From Octopus bimaculoides (Eukaryota): a DNA stretch of 35,293 nt. The translations under genes were made by a program, and so were the position numbers. Of the stretch, positions 1-12,582 are shown piece by piece. The stretch is from assembly GCF_001194135.2 (NCBI RefSeq), contig NC_068983.1:83275669-83310961 (forward strand). The letters are read 5' to 3'. The notes under the pieces were generated by a model that worked only from the letters and a program-made list of their open reading frames with translations, was not told the origin of the DNA and did not search any database. Positions within the stretch are counted from its first letter, which is position 1. Every line of letters starts with the position of its first letter.

Positions 1-35
<35 letters not shown>

Positions 36-860
36 CACATATATACATACGTATGTATGTATGCATGTATGTATGCATGCATACACACAACACACATATG
101 TGTATAAACTCAGAGCTGTTGTTTTTCTGCATGAAAATAACTAAATAGCTGAACTACATCAAAGTGTGAAGAAAGCGAAGGATTCTGTTTCAAATATAAA
201 CAAATGAATAAATATGTCTCATTGTAAACCACCAGATTAAAAACTAAAAGCTTTTAATCTGGTGGTTGTAGCTGTTATGGATCCAGTTCCTGTCTTCGTT
301 CAATGTAACGGTCTTGTTGTGGCCATGTTGGTGTTGCCGTTGCTGTCACTACTGCTGCTGGTGCTGGTACTGCTGTTGCTGTGGTTGTTGTTCTTATTTC
401 TGTCTAAGAATGTAACTAGGACAGCAGAAATTAACATCTGAACACTGAGATCCACTTAAGGATGTGTTAATTTTGTTCATTCAAACGTATGATCTGTAGG
501 TTTATGCGTGATTTTTTCCCCACGTATGAGTATGTGTTTGTGTATGTATTAAATATATATATACACATACACACACACACACAAACATATATATATATAT
601 ATATATATATANNNNNNNNNNNNNNNNNNNNNNNNNNNNNNNNNNNNNNNNNNNNNNNNNNNNNNNNNNNNNNNNNNNNNNNNNNNNNNNNNNNNNNGCA
701 TATACACGCACACATACATATGTAATTATATGTTTGTGTGTGTTAATGGTTGGATGCAAGTGTATTCATATAGCAGGCTGTCTGCATCTGAAGATATATA
801 CGGATGGCTGAGTAGCCACATTCCCATGTGAATGGTTGCGCATCCTACATATGTGTGTGC

Positions 861-899
<39 letters not shown>

Positions 900-1888
900 T
901 GCGCGCACGCGGCTGTGTGTGTGTGTGTGTGTGTATCTCAATGTATGTGTGCATGTGTCTGCCTCTTGGGATGTAGTATTTTCTGAGCAACGCATTGGAA
1001 CTTATACAGATGCAGCAAGTACGAAGAAAAATTAAGAATAAATAATCAACAGAAGCCGGTTATTATAATCACATATGACGATAACAAAATTAGATCCAAA
1101 ACTTATTGTTATATCTTCTGCTTAATGCTTTCATGCGAATTTTGTGACGAAAATGCCTCCGTTACAAATCGATTGATATTTGCAGCTTGCACTGAGCTTT
1201 CTTTTATTCGTTTCGTTACTAGTTTCAGATATTGAACTTCGGACATGCCGGACCAGTGACTTCTGGATATCAATCGCACTTCACATTTTACCGGTTAGTA
1301 CTTATTGTACCTCTCTTGGAAGTGGATATAGAAAGGACTTGCATTCTGAACGGAAAACAAAATGACTCCAAATGAGTTTTTGCGGGGGCGGGGTCGATCA
1401 CTTTATAATGCCTTCTACTTAACCACAGTTTCGACTTATAAACGTATGCGCTCAACTCGCTCTCATACATATAAAAATCTGCATGCTCCTAGTTATTTAT
1501 AAAGTAAAAGCAATGGAGCTCATCGGTTTCGACGGTGAAAGTTATATTGCTGGGTCACTGGAGTTCACCCTTCATGTTCGTCCGCTGGAGTAACGAGGAC
1601 GATCTAGTTATTCTTAAGCTTGATTGATGATTTGCGCAGTGACTTAGTTTAAAGTGAAGAAGAGCTGGACACCGTCAACCTCACTTCTTGTCCGTAACCA
1701 CCTTCAGTCCAGTGACAAGACGAAGTCAAGACAATCTGGGATACAGATGGATGAAGTGGATGGCAAAGATGCCTTATTTAGCTCATTTACAGGGAGCTAA
1801 TATGTTTTGTTCGAGACTAAATTGTTATTCAAAAGACAAGAACACAGCTGTTTCCATTTTTTAGAAGTCATTTCATATACAAAGCCAG

Positions 1889-1937
1889 TTCAAACACATG
1901 ACGTCATAAACTGCTCCAATTCAAACACATGACGTCA
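1889..1937. promoter_or_regulatory. Direct repeat carrying two perfect CRE palindromes (TGACGTCA)
   Basis: TTCAAACACATGACGTCA at 1889-1906 and 1920-1937. The sequence is certain; regulatory function is unproven. Confidence 0.25.
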
Positions 1938-3442
1938 CAAGCTGCATTCGACGCTCAAATTTGTTCTTGCATTGACAAGGCGGTGAGCACTGCAGAACAA
2001 CGCTGACGTAGCAAAGTGGTTCAAAGTTTGTTTCACAATTGCCTGGTTTTAGGTTCGTTCACACAGCAAACATTGTGAATGCAACTTGGTAGGCAGATTC
2101 TGCACGGGTGTCAGTCAGAACGACTGTACCGCTTCTTGGAGAAGATATATAATTTATCGCCCAATTAAATGCCACCCCATTGACACTGACACTATCTTTG
2201 CGAAAATATAAGATCATACAATTCTATTTGTCCTTGTGCTTAGTTGAATAGAAACGAATTTGTATCAGTAAATTTCATTTAAGAAAGCTATAGCCAGTAT
2301 TTAGACAAGGAAAAAATGTACGTTGCATATCGAACAATCATCTGAATAAAAAGGCAATGTACTCGAGAGAATAAAAATGGCTTGAAAAAAATTTATGATG
2401 TGTTAAATATACAAAATAGACTAAAATAAAGAAGTTGAAAAAAATAAGCAATCTGATGTTTTCAAGCAAAAATTATAACTGCTGCTACTTTTCAATAATT
2501 ATAATAAAATATTTTATTTCAAAAATGTTTTACATTGCCTTCTTTCTCTGTCAATTTGTATCTTTATTTCTTCTCATCCATAGACACACACATACTTCGC
2601 AATGCCTTGGGAGTGGTAGAATGCGTAAATGTGCATGTATGTGTTCACGTGGGCATGTATTTTTCTGGCTCTTTTTTTTTTTTGTATACAGACTCATAAT
2701 AGTATATTTGTGTGCTTATATGGATACATGTACTGCTGACATAATATGACATTTCAAAATATTGGGATAAAAGAAGGCAAGCATAGAAACTCTTTCGGAT
2801 CATACTTTAACGCACGTGAAGAAATGCATAAGAATGTGCATAAATACATACCTACATATGCATGTGCAAATGTACATATGTATATATATATATATATATA
2901 TATACAGAGAGAGAGAGAGAGAGAGAGAATTATTCGGATAAGCAAATTAGATACGTTAAATATATTAGATATAATAAATATATTAGTTTATGTATGAAAT
3001 ACAATGAAATACAAAATATTTATGTATGTATACATGCAAGACGAGAGAAACCAAAAGGCAGAGACTTTCAGACGATGATTTTTTAAATATAAATATATAA
3101 ATATTTATATTAATAGGTCCAACATACACAGTATACAAACGATAGAGAAAACTAAAGGGGTAGAAGAAAGGTGTTATAAGTTTAACAGTTATTTCTGGGG
3201 GTTCGGTGATACCATATTAATATTAGTAGATTTGGTTCATCACAATATGTGACCGTATGGATGCAATTAACATTAGATAAGACGAGCGTCCGGCATCAAG
3301 GTAGAGAAAATCTTAATGCAGAGAAGTTCAAAAATGAAGCTACTTTACCTTAAGATCTGAAATATAAGATCTTCTCTAGTCTTTCTTTACCTTGTATAAG
3401 GAACCCCTGTAGAGACATCGGAGTCTAAGCGGGCAGACAGAC

Positions 3443-3581
3443 TGACAGCCAGCAGGCAGACAGACTGACAGACTGGCAGACAGACAGACAGACAGACAGA
3501 CAGATAGATAGATAGATACATTTCTTTTATTAGCCACACAGGGCTCAACGAAGATGGGACAAATACAATGTAGAGCTTTTC

Positions 3582-3650
<69 letters not shown>
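3443..3650. repeat. (GACA)n/(GATA)n compound microsatellite interrupted by the 64-bp insert
   Basis: Direct reading. Confidence 0.95.
3519..3582 (-). mobile_element. 64-bp retroelement 3'-tail fragment embedded in (GATA)n
   Basis: Minus strand ...GAGCCCTGTGTGGCTAATAAAAGAAATG followed by (TATC)n. Identical sequence at 12077-12158. Confidence 0.65.
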
Positions 3651-4068
3651 CGTAATGCCAGCATCAGTTGAAATTACAAGTCATTAGCTGTTAAAACTAT
3701 TCTACAAAGTTATAGAATGGTAGAAGGTGACATCATCTGTTCACTGTTCTGGCGTTACCCACACATACAATCATACGTTAACACATACATTCTTAGTTGT
3801 AATCGACAATTACTCATTCCAGCAGTATGCGTTAGCACCCTCATTCAAGAGCAGTCAGTAGTCAGTAGCAGAGTTTAGTAGATAAATACAGTAAGCGTTG
3901 ATAGACTCCAATACGAGTTCTGAATTAGCTAATTAGAACGAACAATGCTCATCAGTCACCGGGAAATATTTAGAGACTGATAAAGTCCTGCGACTACGAA
4001 ACAATCATCTGAAACACCAGACATGTGTTCCTCACATCTGCGAAATTTTAAGTAAAACGATTCCCATG

Positions 4069-4132
<64 letters not shown>

Positions 4133-4219
4133 AAATATGTAGACATATAGATAGATACATGCATACATGCATACATGCATACATACATACATACATACAT
4201 ACATACATACATACATACA

Positions 4220-5065
4220 GAAGAGTGTTAATGTGTTATGACTTAGTAACATCACACAGTGCAGGTAAAAATGCACCGGAGTCTTTAGTCATCTGCCAAG
4301 TCACAACAAGGACCTCAGACAGATAATACTTTCCTTCAGATGTGCGCTGTGCCCAATAAGACTGCTTTTTGCAAGACATCAACCTCGATGGGATTTTCAG
4401 TTGCCTTAAGAAGTCTTGAAGTTTCAATGCGATTGAGCCCAACTCTTCGATCACCACTGGTATCACTTTTACATTACTCTCTCGCATTCCATACAGTCTT
4501 GCCATTTCGACTTCAATTCGAAGTGCTTGGTGATTTTTTTCAACCTCTTTACCCACAACATTCATGTCGTTTGGTATGGCTATATCAATGATCTGACAGT
4601 ATTTGTCTCTCTTATTCAATATGGCAATATCCGGCTGATGGTGTTCGATTACACGATCCGTCAGAAAATCATAGACCCAGAGTATCGTTACTTTTCCATC
4701 CTCCCGCATAACTTTACTTGGTACATGCCCACACCAGTTCTCTGTTACTTCATATTGGCATTTACGGCATAAGAGCCAATGAAGATACACACACAATTTA
4801 TCGTGGCGGCATTTGTATTCTTATTATGCAAGGCTCTCACATCCACTTACCAAGTGGGTCGCATTTTCCACACTCTTTCCACAAAGTCTGCATTTCTGGG
4901 TGTCAGAAATTTTACAGATGTTATACTTCACTGAATTGGTAGCGAGAGCCTGGTCTTGTGCAGCAACGATCAGGCTTTCGGTGGTACGATTCAAATCACC
5001 TTGCTCAAGCCGTGCCCACGATGCTGTATTATCCTAAACGTCTTGCGTATTCCTTTCAAACTGTC

Positions 5066-5068
<3 letters not shown>
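4220..5068 (-). mobile_element. R4/Dong-clade non-LTR retrotransposon, 5'-truncated decayed copy A
   Basis: Minus-strand translation gives ESLIVAAQDQAL, CCHC knuckle CRLCGKSVENATHLVSGC, RHD, TDRVIEHHQPDI, IIDIAIPNDMN (PD..D-type restriction-like endonuclease), then after a frameshift LQKAVLLGTAHI*RKVL. Contains in-frame stops. The 5' junction abuts (TAA)n. Confidence 0.9.
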
Positions 5069-5117
<49 letters not shown>

Positions 5118-5407
5118 GTTGTTGTTGTTGTTATTATTATCTGTTTATCACAAGTTTTGTTGGAGCTCCTGGAGTCTTACAAGCGTACCAGGCTTGCTAC
5201 CTACAGCCTACGGTACCATGCTATCCACTTTTATCAGCTATCTTATACTTTCCTGATTATTCTGACCGTGCCAAGCAGGCAAACCTTTTCTGACAGTTCT
5301 ACTGGGCACTCTATTCCAATTCCCTTTATATTCCACTTGATGCTTTCTGATACGGTTCCTAAGGACCCAAAAATAATTGGCACTATCTTAGCCTTCTTCT
5401 TCTTCTT

Positions 5408-5492
<85 letters not shown>
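5067..5492. repeat. (TTA/GTT)n at 5067-5140 and (TTC)n(TTA)n at 5394-5492, flanking retroelement B
   Basis: Direct reading. Confidence 0.95.
5141..5393 (-). mobile_element. R4/Dong-clade fragment B (extreme C-terminus plus about 100 bp 3' UTR)
   Basis: AKIVPIIFGSLGTV...KVCLLGTVRIIRKV* matches the RLE C-terminal motif seen in copies A and D. Flanked by (TAA/CAA)n and (GAA)n(TAA)n on the coding strand. Confidence 0.8.
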
Positions 5493-5706
5493 GGGCGGCG
5501 AGCTGACAGAACCGTTAGCAAGCCGGGCGAAACGCTTAGCGGTATTTCGCCTGCCGCTACGTTCTGAGTTCAAATTCCGCCGAGGTCGACTTTGCCTTTC
5601 ATCCTTTCGGGGTCGATAAGATAAGTACCAGTTACGCACTGGGATCGATGTAATCGACTAGCCTCTTTCCCCAAAAATTTTTAAGGCCTTGTGCCTAGAG
5701 TAGAAA
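5493..5706 (+). mobile_element. SINE family 1, full length, tail type GGCCTTGTGCCTAGAGTAGAAA(TAA/ATT)
   Basis: Pol III B-box-like GAGTTCAAATTCC. Near-identical body to 8139-8370 over about 160 bp. Flanked by (TTA)n. Confidence 0.85.
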
Positions 5707-6041
5707 TAATAATACTTATTATTATTACTAGGTCATGTATGTAGGACTGAGCCTGCATTTTGTAATCTTTTCTTTTTATGAAGGTGATAATTTTTTAGAT
5801 CTGCAGAATATTTGGTTGCTATTTCTAGTATATCAACAACCATCGAGGCTGTCGCATTCTATTATAATGGTGTGTGAGTGCCTGTGTGTATATGTATGTG
5901 TGCTTGTGTGTGTGAGAGTGTATGTGTAGATATGTATACGAATATACATACAGATACATAGGTTAAATATGTTTAAACTACTTATTTACTATATATACAT
6001 GTGTGTGTGTGTGTGTGTGTATGTATATATATATGTGTGTA

Positions 6042-6136
<95 letters not shown>

Positions 6137-6538
6137 NNNNNNNNNNNNNNNNNNNNNNNNNNNNNNNNNNNNNNNNNNNNNNNNNNNNNNNNNNNNNNNN
6201 NNNNNNNNNNNNNNNNNNNNNNNNNNNNNNNNNNNNNNNNNNNNNNNNNNNNNNNNNNNNNNNNNNNNNNNNNNNNNNNNNNNNNNNNNNNNNNNNNNNN
6301 NNNNNNNNNNNNNNNNNNNNNNNNNNNNNNNNNNNNNNNNNNNNNNNNNNNNNNNNNNNNNNNNNNNNNNNNNNNNNNNNNNNNNNNNNNNNNNNNNNNN
6401 NNNNNNNNNNNNNNNNNNNNNNNNNNNNNNNNNNNNNNNNNNNNNNNNNNNNNNNNNNNNNNNNNNNNNNNNNNNNNNNNNNNNNNNNNNNNNNNNNNNN
6501 NNNNNNNNNNNNNNNNNNNNNNNNNNNNNNNNNNNNAT

Positions 6539-6571
<33 letters not shown>

Positions 6572-7390
6572 GATGTATATTAAAAACATTTCGAGAAGGT
6601 ACCGGCGGTATGTAAATAGAAAATATATAACTTATACCTCCCATTGCAAATCGACAACTTAACTAAAATAATTTCCATTTCCATAATTTTTCTTTCCTTT
6701 CAACAAATCTTTCTCACTAAGTGGCGATGATGTTGATGACTATGTTGTGTTCGGGGAAGAAAAAAAAAGGAAACGTCACAACAGAATATACATAAGATTA
6801 CATTTGATTCACCATACATATAGATATATATACACCAATCACAGATTCAAAGGCATAAACCTTCTTCATTCGTGATAGAGGAACGGAATTTTAAAAGGAG
6901 GAAAGACTTGCTGGATGTTATCAGATAACCGTGGGAGGTACAATGGTAACAAGTGTGAACAGAGAATGTACTGTGCTATATAATATCGCTGGCTGTTAAG
7001 CGAAACTGTAAAAGGTAATGAGAGAGAGAGATAAACAGAGAGAGAGATAAACAGAGAGAGAGGCAGATAGCTCTAGAGGGAAAGAAAAATACAGATAGAC
7101 TAACAGAAGAGATACAGAGAAAGCGAGAAAGAGAGCGGGGGATGTGTGTTTCAGAACACAAAGGTTGAATGACTGAGTACAGTAAATGTAAACATTGGAA
7201 ATATGTATATAAGAGTACACACACGCACAAACACACACGAACACATGCAGACATATATACACAATCAAACATACACTCACACATATTCACGCACAATATG
7301 TTTACAAACAATACATATATACATAACATACATACGTACATACATACATATATGTGTATACATACATATATACATATATGTATATATATG

Positions 7391-7471
<81 letters not shown>

Positions 7472-7703
7472 GATAGATAGTTGGTTAAATAGACAGATTC
7501 ACACATACATAGAGATATATAAATATATGTAAATGCATATATATAGAAAGAGAGGGAGAGAAAGATACATGTATGTATTTATATATATATTCACACACAC
7601 ACACACGCACACACAAATGTATAGATGTTAATGCATACGAACACACAAATACACATACATACAAACAAACACACACACACACACACACACATACATATAT
7701 ATA

Positions 7704-7850
7704 TTCTGTTATTCTATCTGTTTAGTCGAACAAATCGAACCCAGAACTTATTCTTTGTAAGCCTAGTACTTATTCTATCGGATGTCTTTTGCCGAAGCGC
7801 TAATATACAGGGACGTAAACACAACATCGGTTGTCAAGCGATAGGGGTGG

Positions 7851-7897
<47 letters not shown>

Positions 7898-8050
7898 GGG
7901 CTTCTTTCAGTTTCTTTCTACCAAATCCGCTCACAAGGCTTTGGTCGACCCGAAGCTATACTAGAACACACTTATCCAAGGTGCCACGCAGTGGGACTGG
8001 ACCCGGAACCATGTGGTTGATAAGCAAGCTTCTTACCACACAGCCACTCC
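7704..8050 (-). mobile_element. SINE family 2, tail partly deleted
   Basis: Reverse complement aligns with 15583-15925. Confidence 0.85.
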
Positions 8051-8138
8051 TGCGGCTATAAATATAGATGAATATACATATATAAATTCACATATAATTA
8101 CATATACGTATATAATTCAATATTTGTACATATACAGA

Positions 8139-8370
8139 GGCGGCGAGCCGGCAGAATCGTTAGCACTACGGCAGAAAGGCTTAGCGGTATTTTGTCTGTC
8201 GTTACATTCTGAGTTCAAATTCCGCCGAGGTCGACTTTGCCTTTCATCCTTTCGGGGTCGATTAAATAAGTACCAGTTGTGCACTGGGTCGATGTAATCC
8301 GCTTAATCCCTTTATCTGTTCTTGTTTGACCCCTCTATGTTTGACCCCTCTGTGGGCAATAAAGAAATAA
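8139..8370 (+). mobile_element. SINE family 1, full length, tail type CCCCTCTGTGGGCAATAAAGAAATA
   Basis: Same head and body as 5493-5706 but a different 3' tail containing AATAAA. Confidence 0.85.
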
Positions 8371-9450
8371 ATATTTGTTGATATATATATGTATATATGT
8401 GTGTTTGTATTTGTGTGTATACAAGTCTGTATTTATGCAGGCACGCATGTATATCATTATTTAAAAGGATCTAATAAAAAGACAAATAACAATTTAGTTT
8501 GGTCTATATATATATATATATATGACATCCGAAAACTGTCCCCGAGATGCTGGTACGTGATTCACAAACATAGTCCCAGAGTTTAAGTTTATTCGTTGCA
8601 ATTTCCATAAAATTTTTTGTTGGAAATCATTGTACTTAATCAAAGTTTCATGTCTAAAAGAACGTTTCAGTTGCATATATGTGTGCGTATGTGTATGTGT
8701 GTGTAAGTGTGTATGTGAGTGCGTGTATGATTGTATTGTGTACATATTATATATGAATATATATATTATATAAACATGTATATATGAAAACATGTATATT
8801 TACATGGCTATATATACATACACGTACATTGATATACATCCATACATATATCTACAATTATATACATACATACAGGCTCATTCATACACAAATACATACA
8901 TGTAAATACATATGTATACATGTGTGTTCTGTCTACTAAAATATACGTATATATATANNNNNNNNNNNNNNNNNNNNNNNNNNNNNNNNNNNNNNNNNNN
9001 NNNNNNNNNNNNNNNNNNNNNNNNNNNNNNNNNNNNNNNNNNNNNNNNNNNNNNNNNNNNNNNNNNNNNNNNNNNNNNNNNNNNNNNNNNNNNNNNNNNN
9101 NNNNNNNNNNNNNNNNNNNNNNNNNNNNNNNNNNNNNNNNNNNNNNNNNNNNNNNNNNNNNNNNNNNNNNNNNNNNNNNNNNNNNNNNNNNNNNNNNNNN
9201 NNNNNNNNNNNNNNNNNNNNNNNNNNNNNNNNNNNNNNNNNNNNNNNNNNNNNNNNNNNNNNNNNNNNNNNNNNNNNNNNNNNNNNNNNNNNNNNNNNNN
9301 NNNNNNNNNNNNNNNNNNNNNNNNNNNNNNNNNNNNNNNNNNNNNNNNNNNNNNNNNNNNNNNNNNNNNNNNNNNNNNNNNNNNNNNNNNNNNNNNNNNN
9401 NNNNNNNNNNNNNNNNNNNNNNNNNNNNNNNNNNNNNNNNNNNNNNNNNN

Positions 9451-9514
<64 letters not shown>

Positions 9515-10109
9515 TGTGTGTACATAATATATACATATAATACATATATAGATCATTTTCTGAAAATATCTTCAGTAAATGTATACGGGCATTATATACA
9601 GATATATACACACTTTCCACACACCCACCCACACTTTCTGCCTCTGTCTCTGTCTCTCTCTCACTGTGTCTTGGTCTTTCTCTCACTCTCTCTCTACTTA
9701 TGTACCTGTCCATCTACGTATATACAGGTAGACACACACAAACACACACACACATATATGTATGTACTTATGTACCTAAGTATGTATACATATATTTTGC
9801 ACACAACAAATTAGCATGGGAATCCACATGCAGTAAACTTTATATGAAGAAGACACAAGGTATATATAGAGAGAGGTATGTTCCTGTCTATCTATACCTG
9901 CTTGCTTGTCTATAGAATTGTTTATCCATCTAGTCGATATACTTCTCCATCTCAGTCTCTAGTCCTCTCTGTTTTTCAACCCTTCTATCGCAATGTGTGA
10001 ATATGTGGGCTAATTCACATCTATCTATCTCTGCCTGCCTATTTCTCTGTCTTTTTATATATCTATCTATTTATCGATCTATCTATCTATCTATCTATCT
10101 ATCATTCTG

Positions 10110-10140
<31 letters not shown>

Positions 10141-10181
10141 GTCTGTCTATTATCTCTCTCTCTCTCTCTCTCTCTCTACAT

Positions 10182-10244
<63 letters not shown>

Positions 10245-11738
10245 NNNNNNNNNNNNNNNNNNNNNNNNNNNNNNNNNNNNNNNNNNNNNNNNNNNNNNNN
10301 NNNNNNNNNNNNNNNNNNNNNNNNNNNNNNNNNNNNNNNNNNNNNNNNNNNNNNNNNNNNNNNNNNNNNNNNNNNNNNNNNNNNNNNNNNNNNNNNNNNN
10401 NNNNNNNNNNNNNNNNNNNNNNNNNNNNNNNNNNNNNNNNNNNNNNNNNNNNNNNNNNNNNNNNNNNNNNNNNNNNNNNNNNNNNNNNNNNNNNNNNNNN
10501 NNNNNNNNNNNNNNNNNNNNNNNNNNNNNNNNNNNNNNNNNNNNNNNNNNNNNNNNNNNNNNNNNNNNNNNNNNNNNNNNNNNNNNNNNNNNNNNNNNNN
10601 NNNNNNNNNNNNNNNNNNNNNNNNNNNNNNNNNNNNNNNNNNNNNNNNNNNNNNNNNNNNNNNNNNNNNNNNNNNNNNNNNNNNNNNNNNNNNNNNNNNN
10701 NNNNNNNNNNNNNNNNNNNNNNNNNNNNNNNNNNNNNNNNNNNNNNNNNNNNNNNNNNNNNNNNNNNNNNNNNNNNNNNNNNNNNNNNNNNNNNNNNNNN
10801 NNNNNNNNNNNNNNNNNNNNNNNNNNNNNNNNNNNNNNNNNNNNNNNNNNNNNNNNNNNNNNNNNNNNNNNNNNNNNNNNNNNNNNNNNNNNNNNNNNNN
10901 NNNNNNNNNNNNNNNNNNNNNNNNNNNNNNNNNNNNNNNNNNNNNNNNNNNNNNNNNNNNNNNNNNNNNNNNNNNNNNNNNNNNNNNNNNNNNNNNNNNN
11001 NNNNNNNNNNNNNNNNNNNNNNNNNNNNNNNNNNATAAATATATATATGTGTGTGTGTGTTTGTGTGTGAGTATTTATATATATATATATATAAATATAC
11101 TTATCTATGTGTATATATATATAAATACTAATATAGATACATATTCATATGTGTGTATATATATATATATATATGTGTGTGTGTATATATATGTATATCT
11201 ATAGAGATATATAAACGCACATGCAGACACACACATATATACATGTGCTTGTACATGTGTGTGTATATTTCTGTCTGTCTCTCTGTCTGTCTTAATATAT
11301 AAATAATGTGCGTTATGTACTTAAAATATAAAAATATATATACATTTACACATAATATTCTCCGACACATACATATACATGTATACACACACGCCAACAT
11401 GTGTGTGTGTGCGTGTGTGTGTGCATTTTCGATCGTTTCTGCTACTCACCTTTACACACATTTCTGCAATCATTAAGATCAGGCACAAACTCGAAAGGAA
11501 TATAAATTGAAATTTTATAAATCAACAGAGCTTTAATGTCAATAAAGTTTCAGAATTTCACAAAATCAAGCTAGGCTGACAAATTTTAAACTTGGAAGAC
11601 AGTGTTATCATCAAAATCACTATGTACTATATACGCACTTATTTAAATACCTATGAATCGTTTTCTGTCTCTCCCTTACCCTCATTCTCTCTTTACTCTC
11701 TCTCTGTCTCCCTATGTATGTATGTATCTATTTCCGTG

Positions 11739-11779
<41 letters not shown>

Positions 11780-11789
11780 AAATAGGAAA

Positions 11790-11975
11790 TGAGTATATGC
11801 ATATATACGTACAGGTATGTGCATACCGACATCCACCTGTATGTATAGGTGCATATCTAGGTACAGGACATTGCAAACAAAACGTAAACGAGAAAACACA
11901 CAAGCCACATAGAGAACATTCTCCTTCATCAGCTACCCCCGTTTTAACACCGGCGTCTCGAAGAGCTGGGTAGTT
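11790..11975 (-). mobile_element. Possible Penelope-like LTR remnant with decayed hammerhead boxes
   Basis: Minus strand has CUGAUGA (11926-11932) and a GAGA box (11956-11959) with a complementary stem II (GGAGA/UCUUC) in permuted order. No RT or GIY-YIG sequence present. Confidence 0.35.
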
Positions 11976-12017
11976 TTTTTGTTGTTTTTTTTAATATATA
12001 TATATATATACACACAG

Positions 12018-12076
<59 letters not shown>

Positions 12077-12193
12077 CATTTCTTTTATTAGCCACACAGG
12101 GCTCNNNNNNNNNNCAGGGCTCAACGAAGATGGGACAAATACAATGTAGAGCTTTTCTTTTTGGGAGGGGGAAGGAAAAAAAAAAAAAAAAAA
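12077..12193 (-). mobile_element. Second copy of the same 3'-tail fragment in (GATA)n, slightly longer, split by a 10-N gap
   Basis: Identical to 3519-3582 across the overlap. CAGGGCTC is repeated on both sides of the gap, indicating contig overlap. Confidence 0.65.
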
Positions 12194-12496
12194 GATAGAT
12201 AGATAGATGTGTGTATGTGTGTGCGTGTGCGCGCACCTATATGTACGTGTATATAGTATCTTTGTTAGTATTTTATCCATGAGTCCATGTATCCTTATTT
12301 CTTTGCATTTAAATATGTCATTTTTTCAATCTCTCTGGTTATCACTGTATACACACACACACATATATATATCTACATATATATATAGGTATATATATGT
12401 ATATATATATATACATATAAATAATCCTATATACTTATGGCTTCAATCTATCTCTGTCATACCAATCTATCTTTGTCATACCTTTGTTCTCATTAC

Positions 12497-12582
<86 letters not shown>

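Noticed and set aside
3977-4010. CTGATAA-AGTCCTGCGACT-AC-GAAAC hammerhead-like spacing
   Set aside because: G8 is absent, stem II is not adjacent to GAAA, and there is no valid stem III or cleavage triplet.
12097-12122. Tandem duplication of CAGGGCTC
   Set aside because: It flanks a 10-N placeholder gap and the 3519 copy has a single instance; contig-overlap artefact.
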